This document shows positions 1-9,926 of a stretch of 16,417 bases of DNA, piece after piece. The number at the start of each line of letters is the position of its first letter. Position 1 is the stretch's first letter. The notes below the pieces were generated by a model that saw only the letters and a list, made by a program, of their open reading frames with translations, had not been told where the DNA came from and searched no databases. Made by a program: the position numbers and the translations under genes. Origin of the DNA: Octopus sinensis (Eukaryota); assembly GCF_006345805.1 (NCBI RefSeq), contig NW_021825202.1:1-16417 (forward strand). The letters are read 5' to 3'.

Positions 1-150
1 GGGCGGTGTGGTAACATGCTTACTTCCTAACCGCATAGTTCTCGGTTCATTCCCACTACGTGGAACCTTGGGCACGTGTCTTCTACTATAGCTTCGAGGC
101 GATTAAAGCCTTGTGAGTGGATGTGGTAGACGGAAACTGAAAGAAGCCCG

Positions 151-152
<2 letters not shown>
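1..152 (+). mobile_element. 5' half (tRNA-like head plus CORE-like domain) of a composite SINE, truncated by window start
   Basis: Matches 9734-9893 and the reverse complement of 2310-2470 (ccttgggca.gtgtcttctactatagc...gccttgtgagtggat.tggtagacggaaactgaaagaagcccgtc); ends in (TA)n at 153-194. Confidence 0.9.
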
Positions 153-196
<44 letters not shown>

Positions 197-335
197 CATA
201 AGGGACTAAAGCCATCTGAATATGGCTAGGGACAGGGCAGGGTGGTGGGGGTGTTACTGTTGCATTTAGGCTTGACACCATCACGGCGTCCTCTATCCTG
301 CAAAGGGAGATAATTCCCCGATGAAGCAGAAACCA

Positions 336-380
336 CACACGGACCTAGGTTTCAAGGTGTTTGCCTATTATCAACGTATG
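336..380 (-). ncRNA. Type I hammerhead ribozyme, U3-A8 core variant (copy A1)
   Basis: Minus strand reads CAUACG UUGAUAA U AGG CAAACA CCU U GAA ACCUAGGU C CGUGUG. Stem I is 6 bp with one G.U, stem II is AGG/CCU, stem III is the palindrome ACCUAGGU, and the cleavage triplet is GUC (site between 342 and 341). Confidence 0.75.
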
Positions 381-699
381 TAGCAAGGCAAGCCCTTTCC
401 TCGACGAACAACTCACTCTGCAGGATATTTATATATAGATTTTCAAGCAAAATACATTTGCTGATTTCGAAAATCTGTTCGATAGCAATAATAATTCTCT
501 AAATGAGATATAGACAGTAACTGCTCCATAACATAAGGGACTAAAGCCATCTGAATATGGCTAGGGACAGGGCAGGGTGGTGGGGTGTTACTGTTGCATT
601 TAGCCCCAGGCGAACATCAACGTCGCCAGATAGGCTTGACACCATCACGGCGTCCTCTATCCTGCAAAGGGAGATAATTCCCCGATGAAGCGGAAACCA

Positions 700-745
700 C
701 ACACGGACCTAGGTTTCAGGAGGTGTTTGCTATTATCAACGTATG
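700..745 (-). ncRNA. Hammerhead copy A2 with disrupted stem II
   Basis: Stem I, core UUGAUAA, GAA, ACCUAGGU and GUC match A1, but stem II reads UAGCAAACACCUCCU (indels; mutation or sequencing error). Confidence 0.5.
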
Positions 746-943
746 GTAGGCAAACCGCTTCCTCGACGAACAACTCACTCTGCAGGATTTTATATATAGA
801 TTTTCAAGCAAAATACATTTGCTGATTTCGAAAATCTGTTCGACAGCAGCAATAATATTCGAAATCAGCAAATGTATTTTGCTTGAAAATCATATATAAA
901 TATCCTGCAGATTGAGTTGTTCGTCGAGGAAGCGGTTGCCTAC

Positions 944-987
944 CATACGTTGATAATAGGCAAAACCTTGAAACCTAGGTCCGTGTG
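944..987 (+). ncRNA. Hammerhead copy A3 in the inverted arm
   Basis: CATACG TTGATAA T AGG CAAAA CCT T GAA ACCTAGGT C CGTGTG; predicted cleavage after 981. Confidence 0.75.
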
Positions 988-1223
988 TGGTTTCCGCTTC
1001 ATCGGGGAATTATCTCCATTTGCAGGATAGAGGACGCCGTGATGGTGTCAAGCCTATCTGGCGACGTTGATGTTCGCCTGGGGCTAAATGCAACAGTAAC
1101 ACTCCCACCACCCTGCCCTGTCCCTAGCCATATTCAGATGGCTTTAGTCCCTTATGTTATGGAGCAGTTACTGTCTATATCTCATTTAGAGAATTATTAT
1201 TGCTATATATATATGTATATATG

Positions 1224-1257
<34 letters not shown>

Positions 1258-1330
1258 TGTATGTATGTATGTATGTGTGTGTGTGTGTGTTTGATTTTTT
1301 GTGTATGTGTGTCTTTTAGTATGTATTTGT

Positions 1331-1465
1331 GGCAACCGGCGTTGGTGTGTTTACGTCCCTGTAGCTTAGTGGTTCGGCAAAAGAGATCAAGCTTTAGAAA
1401 ATAATAAGTCCCAGGGTTGATTCATTCGAGTAAAAATTCTTCATGGCGTTGCCCCAGCATGGCCG
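1331..1465 (+). mobile_element. 3' half of the composite SINE whose head is at 1-152
   Basis: caaccggcgttggtgtgtttacgtccctgtagcttagtggttcggcaaaagaga...ccagcatggcc matches 10757-10892; preceded by (TATG)/(TG) microsatellite. Confidence 0.8.
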
Positions 1466-1772
1466 AGGTTGGTTAGCATATCAGTAGCTTAATATATTAG
1501 TTGTTTAACTAATAAGTAGGTTAACAGGTTAGTTGGTTAACAGATCAGTAGGTTAACCGTTAAGATGGCTAACGGATTAGATTAACATATGAGTAGGCTA
1601 AGTAGATTAGCTGGTTAAATGGTAAGTCGGTTTACGATGTTGACAGATCAGTATGTTACAAGATAAATAGATTTAAGCAGATTAGCGTGTTAATAGATCA
1701 GATTAACACTTCATAAATTTAAAAGAACAATGAGTTAACAGATCAATAGGTCAAAAGATCAATAAGTTAATG
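1466..1772. repeat. Degenerate minisatellite with GTTAACAGATCAGTAG-like motif
   Basis: Recurring gttaacagatcagtag, gttgacagatcagtat, gttaatagatcagatt and gttaacagatcaatag variants. Confidence 0.7.
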
Positions 1773-2006
1773 TTCCAGATTGAATAGAATATTTTTCACT
1801 TTGTTTTCTATTTTTTTTTTCTTTCAGAATTTTAGATAATATTGTAAATTAAATTTTAACAGTCGAAAAGAAAAACTCCTGCTTTACAAAATGGTTTACT
1901 GTTCCTATGGGTAGTATATTTCTAAGTCTCAACAGTTTATCAATAGTTCACCTCCGATGATATAGCCTCTGTTTAATCATAGTCATTCTCAGGTGAATTC
2001 GGAAGA

Positions 2007-2265
2007 TACTCTTTTTTTTACTCTTTTACTTGTTTCAGTCATTTGACTGCAGCTATCCTGGAGCAACGCCTTTAGTCGACAAAATCGACCCCTCGACTTA
2101 TTCTTTGTAAGCCTAGGACTTATTCTATCGGTCTCTTTTGCCGAACCGCTAAGTTACGGGGACATAAAACACACAGCGTCGGTGCCAGGCGATGTTGGGG
2201 GACAAACACAGACACACAAACATATACACACCATACATACATATATTATATATATATATATATAT

Positions 2266-2297
<32 letters not shown>

Positions 2298-2470
2298 ATA
2301 ACATATATACGACGGGCTTCTTTTCAGTTTCCGTCTACCAAATCCACTCACAAGGCTTTGGTCAGCCCGAGGCTACAGTAGAAGACACTTGCCCAAGGTA
2401 CCACGTAGTGGGACTGAACCCGGAACCATATGGTTGGTAAGCAAGCTACTCACCAATCAGTTACTCCTAC
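2007..2470 (-). mobile_element. Complete composite SINE (head, internal (TA)/(TG) microsatellite, tail ending in GAGTAAAA-type repeats)
   Basis: Reverse complement of head (2310-2470) and tail (2007-2220) are joined through (TA)n at about 2236-2308. Confidence 0.9.
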
Positions 2471-2610
2471 GCCTATACGGAATTCGCAAATATCTTCTCA
2501 AGGTTAATGGAGAGAAAGAGTGCGTGCGTGTTTGTGTCTCCTTTTCTTGACATACTATGATAATTGCAAAGGAGTGTCACTGTCACCCAAGCAGTGGCAT
2601 TAATTGTCAT

Positions 2611-2784
2611 TATTACCTTGATTGGAAAACAGGTGAGATCTGACGACAGGAAGGGCGTCTGTACAAAGAAAATCTGCCTCAATAAACTCCGTCCGATACA
2701 AGTAAGCTTGAAAAAGTGGACGCCAGAATGATGATGATGACGATGATGATGATGATGATGAAGATGATGCTGATGATGATGATG
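2611..2784 (+). mobile_element. 3' end of a retroposon-like repeat with (GAT)n tail
   Basis: acaggaagggcgtctgtac...gaaaaagtggacgccaga followed by (GAT)n at 2728-2784; family not named. Confidence 0.55.
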
Positions 2785-2793
2785 CATACAACC

Positions 2794-2932
2794 AGCTTCC
2801 ACACAGTTTCTATTTACCCAATTCTACCACGAATCATTTGTCACCCTAGGGCTGTAATATAAGACTCTTTCTCAAGGTACCCTGCAATGGAATTGAACTC
2901 GAAGTCTAATGGTTGGAAACCAAGCTTCTTGA
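2794..2932 (-). mobile_element. Strongly decayed SINE head copy
   Basis: Patchy match to the head family (cagtttctatttaccca, ctcaaggtacc, aattgaactc). Confidence 0.55.
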
Positions 2933-2979
2933 GCGCTCACTATTCAATTCTGTACATCACACCTAATACTCTATACATA

Positions 2980-3116
2980 CTTCTTCCAGTTTCCCTCTAC
3001 AAAATCCACTCACAAGGTTTTGGCCAGCCAAAGGTCATAGTAGAAGACACTTGCCCAAGGTGCCACGAAGTAGGAGTAAACTAGGAACCATGTGGTTGCG
3101 AAGCAAGCTACTTACC
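2980..3116 (-). mobile_element. SINE head copy
   Basis: aatccactcacaagg...gtagaagacacttgcccaaggtgccac...gaaccatgtggttgcgaagcaagctacttacc. Confidence 0.85.
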
Positions 3117-3196
3117 TTAAAATCACTTCTGCACCTATCTATCTATTTCTCTGTCTCTGTCTCTCTCTCTCTCTCTCTATCTATTTATCTACACAC

Positions 3197-3232
<36 letters not shown>

Positions 3233-3262
3233 ACACACACATATATATATATACATATATAC

Positions 3263-3352
3263 GTGAAGGCGCGTGTCCTCGTTTTTAGACTGTTGCACTC
3301 ACGATCGCCAGATGGAGTGCTTGAGCAAAATACTTCATTTCACGTTGTTCCA
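3263..3352 (+). mobile_element. Decayed fragment of the second tRNA-SINE family
   Basis: gtgaaggcgcgtg...ctcacgatcg...ttgagcaaaatacttcatttcacgttgttcca resembles the reverse complement of 7945-8059. Confidence 0.6.
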
Positions 3353-5077
3353 GACCCGACCTTTGCTAAAACAATGCAAAACGCATTGTGACCTGCGATG
3401 TCGGTCACGTGTCAGGTAATATGTATATGTATGTGTGTGTATGAATGTGTGTGTGCGTGTATGTGCATGCATGTATGTAAGCATGTGTTTCTAATTTAGT
3501 TCTTTCTTGTGTAAACTAAAGAAAGAATATTCTTGAAATGAATTACGGCTATGTTGGAAGAGTTTTCTTCATATAATCTGTATATTTTATTGAATTATAT
3601 ATATAATATATTGTTCAAAAGACTTAACATATACATATAGCGATGAACAGCCAACATAGACTTGTATTTAAAACATGTTTACATTTCTTTCGATAAAGAA
3701 GAGATGTTATATTTGAATGAAAACTGTTTCTCCTTCCTCTGGTTACGAACTTTCTGATATAGAAAGGAGAAAAAATATCTAGAACACTACGTTAATCGAG
3801 GTATTAGCGTATATATATATATATATATATATTTCTCCGTATATGCATGTGTGTCGTGTATGCGTAAGTGTATCTGCATATATACATACATAACATATAC
3901 ACACACACATATATATATATATATATTATATCAGGTAACCAGATGTGTATGAGTGTGTATGGAGCACTGTATGCGGACAGTTGTTTGTCCAAACATATTG
4001 ACCAATGTAATCAGTAAACTGTCGCAGCAAATGTGATGTATTGGCCAGTGTCCAATCAATAAAGAAACACGAACCCACAGAAAGGAATATAGATTGTGAA
4101 AACACAACAAGTTCCGGTATAATGGCGAACTTTCAGCTTTGTTTGTAGATGAGGTTATAAACTGACAGACGTGGGACAAAGAATATGTCAGTTACTAACA
4201 CATTCACAAACACTCGTACACCACACGCACACACAGAAACACACACGGAAACGCGCACGCAAATGCGCGCGCGCACACACACACACACACATCGCCACAA
4301 GTGTGTTGATTATAATTGACATTAGAAGGACAACAATGGTGAATTATTTCCAGACAGATAAGTAACCCATTTCTTACATATAGAGATTCGTGTATATGGC
4401 TTCATAGATGTAAACACACATTCGTGCATGTGTATATATACATATATGATATATATACATATATGATATATATACATATATGATATATTAATAAATAAAA
4501 CATATGCATATATATGTACATATATGTACGTACCTACCTCTACATGTATATATACACGCATATATGAGTACAGGACACCAAAAAAATGTCGAACACAATG
4601 AGAAACGAAAACATAGACACAAACACAAGGAACTGGACATTTTTCTTAAACAACAAAAAAAGAGTACAGGACAAATAACACAAGGAAAAAACCCCTTCTT
4701 CAGTCGCCATGGTTTCATCTACTCCACGTTTCGAAGGTAAAGGCGAGACGTAACTTCGATAAGAAACTTTCGTTCTTGCGAAAAGCAAATCAAATAAAAT
4801 TTGAGATCTTTTTGCAGAGGGGTAAAATGGTAACAAAACCAGGACAGTAACGACAGTACAAAATATAAGCAGTAAAGGACAGGACAAGGAAAATAACAAG
4901 ACAAGAAGGGCTGTTAACGCCGAACGAAAAAAAGGAGTACGAACGCTAAATTCTGTGAACGGCGAACGGAGCAAAGAGAATTGCCGTCCACACCTCAAGA
5001 AGGTACATGCTAGAAAGACAGTAGCGGAGCTCTCGTCGCGGGTCAACGACGGGTGGGAGGAGGAGGAGGAGCAAGAG

Positions 5078-5257
5078 AATCCAAACAAGAAAACACAAAG
5101 AAAACAAAAAAAATAGAGCAACGCGAGGACGTGGAACAAATAAAATATTATTGGACGCTCAGGAAAGATGGGAAGAAGGAGGGTTTAACGTTTCGAGCGG
5201 AGCTCTTCGTCGGAAACATAGGAGAGGAAAGATCCCGAGAAGGGAAGACAGAGGAAA

Positions 5258-5291
<34 letters not shown>

Positions 5292-5301
5292 TATGTATGT
5301 A

Positions 5302-5332
<31 letters not shown>

Positions 5333-5364
5333 TCCTCTGTCTTCCTTCTCCTATGTTTCCGACG
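5078..5364 (-). mobile_element. Element D1: PLE-type terminal repeat (5078-5258) plus an inverted partial copy (5330-5364) across a (TA)n tract
   Basis: Homologous to 16035-16160. Segment 5330-5364 is the reverse complement of 5208-5258 lacking about 16 nt. Confidence 0.75.
5183..5217 (-). ncRNA. Minimal hammerhead-like motif, variant core (D1)
   Basis: GUUU CCGACGA A GAGC UCC GCUC GAA ACGU U AAAC. Stem I is 4 bp and stem II 4 bp, with palindrome ACGU; the core has C at position 4 and an extra A after A9. Confidence 0.6.
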
Positions 5365-5377
5365 TGTGTATATATAT

Positions 5378-5408
<31 letters not shown>

Positions 5409-5643
5409 CAGCTATTGCTGGAAATTACCATATGTATATGCAGTTTATGTAGTAGTGGTGGGGTGGCATGAGTGCATGTGTGATGCACTTGAGAATCTTT
5501 TTCCGTTTAACCAATCTAGTTTCGTCCGATCGAATTCGTGTGTATGTGTGTGTGTGTGTGTGTGTGTTATCCATATATCACTGTCGCTGTATTGTCAGCT
5601 ATATATATATATATATATATGCGTAGATACAGACACGCACGCA

Positions 5644-5676
<33 letters not shown>

Positions 5677-5905
5677 GCTAAAGCATATCCAGGCGATTTC
5701 CCCCCTCCCACACGTCTACTTCTAACGCTTCCTTCTGTTCTCGTAGATCTCGCTCTCCACTCCTTGTTGTCCACCCACGTATTTATACAATACATGGCGA
5801 AAGTTGAATGTCCGCCGGTTAAGCGCTTTGACGTCATTTATGCATTTACACATGAATATAAATGCACCCATACATAGATATATAATCATGTATATATTAT
5901 ATATA

Positions 5906-5943
<38 letters not shown>

Positions 5944-5977
5944 GTATGTATGTATTATATATATATTTATATTTATG

Positions 5978-6566
5978 TAATAGACATATTAAAATAACTA
6001 AGTCTCTCTAAAAGAGAACAGCGGCAGCGTTCCCGGAAAATAATAGTTATCGCCATACTAATATGGCATTCTTATAAAAATAAGAAAAAAGCTGTCCGCT
6101 TATTAGCTCCATGAGGCCATCGCCTTAAGTTAGCTATTTGATACACAAACTGTATCCATATAACCTTCGAACAAGGGAGGTCAGTCGCTCCACACTACTT
6201 GACCGGCAGCTACAGACGCGTTTCGGGGTATTGCCCTTTTCAATGCAGCGTAGCCAGCCAGTAGGTGTCGCTTCCGACAATCTCGTTCGATGGTTTTATT
6301 TACCTAGTTTCGGTGGGAATACATCCACTTGTTTTCAATAATAGAAATATTAAAATAACTAAGTCTCTCTAAAAGAGAACAGCGGCAGCGTTCCCGGAAA
6401 ATAATAGTTATCGCCATACTAATATGGCATTGTTCGAAGGTTATATGGATACAGTTTGTGTATCAAATAGCTAACTTAAGGCGATGGCCTCATGGAGCTA
6501 ATAAGCGGACAGCTTTTTTCTTATTTTTATAAGAATGCCATATTAGTATGGCGATAACTATTATTT
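5978..6566 (-). mobile_element. Element B: 361-nt unit with 93-nt terminal direct repeat and 137-nt inverted segment
   Basis: 5978-6070 is repeated at 6339-6431 (1 mismatch). Segment 6430-6566 is the exact reverse complement of 6038-6174. (TA)-rich flanks. Confidence 0.85.
6209..6249 (-). ncRNA. Type I hammerhead ribozyme, U3-A8 core variant (B)
   Basis: GCUGCA UUGAAAA GGG CAAUAC CCC GAA ACGCGU C UGUAGC. Stem I is 6 bp and extendable, G10.1-C11.1 is present, stem III is the palindrome ACGCGU; GUC site between 6215 and 6214. Confidence 0.85.
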
Positions 6567-6635
6567 ATATTTATGTATATGCATATATAAATTTATGTAT
6601 ATATGTATATATTTTGTGTATACATACATACACAC

Positions 6636-7334
6636 TGGGGTCATTCGGACGCCCGACTTCACCGTGAACAGGAATTAATCTTCTTTTTCGCTTCTTTGCT
6701 CCACGTCGGCTCAACTCCCCCTCTCTTCATCTGACACCTACTTGCTGTCTTCTCTGCTACTTACCTCCTCTATTCATTGATGCCGCCACCACCCCACCCC
6801 ATGCACACACACACCACACACCCAACACAAAATTACACACTCCACACACACTAGCACTGACCACTTTCCAGTACCCACATCACACACCATCATCCACACA
6901 CCCACACACAATCTTCAATAGCGTCACCACGCATACCACTATACGAGCAGCCACACATTACAGATGCACACACTTACACGCACACACACACACACGTCAA
7001 AGTCACTAGCCCCTATACACACACACATTCACACACACCATTTTCAAACACACACACACACACAGACATTCACACACATACACAGGCGCAGCTTTATTTG
7101 CGATCACTAGCACTTTATTATCTCCCTTTTTTTCAACCTCTTCTTTCAAACATTTTTTACTAATCATTCGCCATACTTAACGCTAAATCTACAATTTATT
7201 ATTTAAATTTTCTCTCGGTTTATTTTCTCTTATTCCTTTCTATTGAAGCGAGTAGGCTTGAGCGTTAAACTAATACATCTGCTTGTTGTTCCTTCACGTT
7301 CTTTTGTTTTTGGATTTTCTATAAATTTCACCTG
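6636..7334 (+). mobile_element. 5'-truncated Penelope-like element: GIY-YIG C-terminus, CA-rich 3' region and decayed terminal repeat
   Basis: From 6636 reads WGHSDARLHREQELIF/(frameshift)RFFAPRRLNSPS, matching the E..LIF.L....P.GLN end of PLE endonucleases. The tail ttgttcc...tttggatt followed by (TA)n resembles the D tails. Confidence 0.7.
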
Positions 7335-7504
7335 TATATAATATCTATATATATTAATATATATATATATATATATATATAATATACTATCCTGAGAGAT
7401 AAGTATTATGAAATATAAAATGGCGACTGAATTCTTTTTATCGCTTGGAACTGTTAGTGGCTCATAAATATATGTACTGGTGTTATTAAATTATATATAA
7501 TATA

Positions 7505-7522
7505 TGTACGTATATATATATG

Positions 7523-7594
<72 letters not shown>

Positions 7595-7664
7595 ATATGT
7601 ATATAATGTATATATATGTATATATATATACATGTGTATATATATATTAATATATATATCTGTA

Positions 7665-7710
<46 letters not shown>

Positions 7711-7722
7711 CATATATATATA
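7505..7722. repeat. Compound (TA)n/(TATG)/(TATC)n microsatellite
   Basis: Directly visible; similar tracts at 153-194, 1204-1270, 3140-3260, 5878-5977, 9110-9285 and 16160-16397. Confidence 0.95.
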
Positions 7723-7726
7723 TAAG

Positions 7727-8059
7727 GGTAAAGACCCCCTTCGGTCATGAATGACCATGGCATTGCACCTAGAAAGTTACCCTCCTAGACACAAGTCCGG
7801 GCAAGGTTGTTTATGGAAGGCCAGCAGTCGCCCATGCATACCAGCCTCCCCTCTCCACGCCACCAGTGTTATCCAAGGGAAAGACAAAGGTCGATACAGC
7901 TTGGCACCAGTGACGTCGCAACTCATTTCTACAGCTGAGTGAACTGGAGCAACGTGAAATAAAGTGCCTTGCTCAAGAACACAACATGCAGCCCGGTCCG
8001 GGATTCGAGCTCACAACCTCACGATCGTAAGCTCGACGCTCTAACCACTGAGCCATGCA
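7727..8059 (-). mobile_element. tRNA-derived SINE, second family (head possibly tRNA-Arg-like)
   Basis: Minus strand has A box tggctcagtggtt, B-box-like gctcgaatccc, ACG at the anticodon-like position, and a CORE-like cttgagcaaggcactttatttcac. Confidence 0.85.
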
Positions 8060-8176
8060 CGCATGCATGTATGCATGTATGTATATATGTATACGTGCAT
8101 GTGTATGTGTATGTATGTGTTCCAGTTCTGGAGATTTACCGCAGATACTATAATGTTTAAATATTATTTTAGGAAA

Positions 8177-9105
8177 CTATTTCTTGCTGATGATTGTGAT
8201 ATAGGATTTCGTACAGAACAAGCACTGTAAGATCTGATTATAGTTTTTAATGATTAAGGTTTTGCTTTGGAAATGCATTTGAAGAAAACAGAACTTATCT
8301 TATCGGTTTCACATGGAATGCCATATGTTAAACCAAAGATGTTAGCAAGAGATTAAGAATTGAAAGTAAAGAATCCTTATTCTCATCCGGGAAGGGCACC
8401 GTCAGATAGTGCAAGTTTTGGGAAGGCTTTTGGAAATCTGGAAAGCAGGCTTTAACCAAGCAAGGGATCAGATTAAGCGTAAAGACACCTATCTACAAAA
8501 CGTGCATGCTCTCGGCTTTATTGAATGGCTGTTAAACTTGGATGATCTACAAAATCATATTAAGATGCTCGAATGGTTTCACCAATGCTGTGAATATGAA
8601 GTGGACCACACACACCTTGAATACCGCAGTTCTAGAGAAGGCTCAAATGATTAGCATAGAAGTTATCATCGTTTGGAGTGTTTTAAGGTGGAGTGGAATT
8701 GTTTGAATGAGTAGTACCAGAATTCCAAAACAACTGTCTTATGGGAATTTAAAACCAAGAAAGATCAAAGCTTCATAACCCAAACAGCGGTACGAAGACT
8801 TCGAGATAAACTTGAAGAAATGTACGGTTACTAGAGAGAACTGGGAAGGCAAGCAAACGTGGGGAAATCTATCTCTGATGGTTTGGCGTTACTTGAAAGA
8901 GAAATAATTAGTCATACAAAAGAGCAATTCCATTGAGGAAATAGGCAAGAAAACATCAAAAGCTGAGAAAAAGCTGGTTCCAAGAGCCACGTGTATGGCG
9001 AAACGATGAAGTCGAAAACTGACAAGAAAAGTCATCTACGAAGTCAAGTAAGGAAAAAGACTCGAGAAGAAATCCCAAGACGCCATAATCAAGTACAAGT
9101 TGACA
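8177..9105 (+). pseudogene. Decayed 3' portion of an RTE-clade LINE reverse transcriptase ORF
   Basis: Ordered motifs across frameshifts and stops: [88 protein letters not shown]. Confidence 0.9.
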
Positions 9106-9124
9106 AATTATGTATGTATGTATG

Positions 9125-9172
<48 letters not shown>

Positions 9173-9733
9173 TATATATGTAAATATATATATATATGTA
9201 AATATATATATATATATATATATCTTTGTGTGTGTGTGTGTGCGTGTGTGTGTATCTGTATGTGTGTGTGTCTGTGTATGTGTGTGAGGAAAATTCATCA
9301 ATGCGTAAACAATCCGGTTTATTTATTCTGAAATGTTTGCCTTTAATATTTTCCTTTTCTGAGCTAAAATCTAGCGCACAGCACAAGCCTAGCTTACTGT
9401 TATTCAAATTTAAAATCTATAATTTTTCAGAAAATTTTTTACCTAATAAAGATAATGAATTTTAGCGATACTTGCACTCTGATTGATCTGAGTACACCAA
9501 ATATTTCAATATTTTCTGTTTTTCCGCGAATGAAAATTAATATTCTTATTCGTGTAAATAATCTTAAACTTTAAAACACCGCATTTTAATATTTCATTTT
9601 AATAAGGACAGTCTGATTAATGAAAATTATTTTAACAAAATACCAAATGACTCTATATTTGCATAATAATTTATGGGGTGCAGGCAAAACAGTGAGAATC
9701 CAAAGACAAAACATCAATTTATTTTCAATAGCC

Positions 9734-9893
9734 GTAGGAGTGGCTGTGTGGTAAGTAGCTTGCTTACCAACCACATGGTTACGAGTTCAGTCCCATTGCG
9801 TGGCACCTTGGGCAAATGTATTCTACTATAGCCTCGGGCCGACCAAAGCCTTGTGAGTGGATTTGGTAGACGGAAACTGAAAGAAACTCGTCG
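9734..9893 (+). mobile_element. Composite SINE head (tail at 10717-10940)
   Basis: ggagtggctgtgtggtaagtagc...gttcagtccc...gtggcaccttgggcaaatgt...gacggaaactgaaagaa then (TA)n. Confidence 0.9.
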
Positions 9894-9895
9894 TA

Positions 9896-9926
<31 letters not shown>

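Larger units (their letters stand above)
193..1206 (-). mobile_element. Element A: about 1.8 tandem units of ~364 nt (193-527, 528-857) plus an inverted copy (858-1206); non-autonomous hammerhead element
   Basis: ataacataagggact recurs at 193 and 528. Segment 858-1206 is the reverse complement of 482-832 with a 25-nt spacer. Flanked by (TA)n on both sides; each unit has a hammerhead motif. Confidence 0.85.

Noticed and set aside
682-720. CCGATGAAGCGGAAACC on the plus strand of element A as a hammerhead
   Set aside because: No room for stem II and no stem I; the opposite strand gives a complete UUGAUAA ribozyme.
193-857. Direct repeats as a CRISPR array or LTR pair
   Set aside because: Eukaryotic context, contiguous ~364-nt units with no spacers, no TG...CA ends, no PBS or PPT, and no internal coding region.
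1097-1150. Twister-like words (UAACACU, GUCCCUAGCC)
   Set aside because: The P2 3' strand and the GAGGG pseudoknot partner are absent.
27-1404. ORFs 27..338(-) and 985..1404(+) share an N-terminal peptide, suggesting a paralogous small protein
   Set aside because: The similarity comes from the inverted repeat of element A; both run into microsatellite-derived YIYI/VCMY tracts and match no family I recognise.
2473-2802. Poly-His / poly-Ser ORFs
   Set aside because: Translations of the (GAT)n tail.
4690-4760. CCTTCGAAACGT and CTGAAGAAGG on the minus strand as a hammerhead
   Set aside because: Position 17 would be G, no stem I forms, and the second motif is followed by GTG rather than GAA.
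8161-8176. Splice-acceptor-like ttattttag before the RT frame
   Set aside because: The downstream frame is riddled with stops and frameshifts; no evidence of exonisation.
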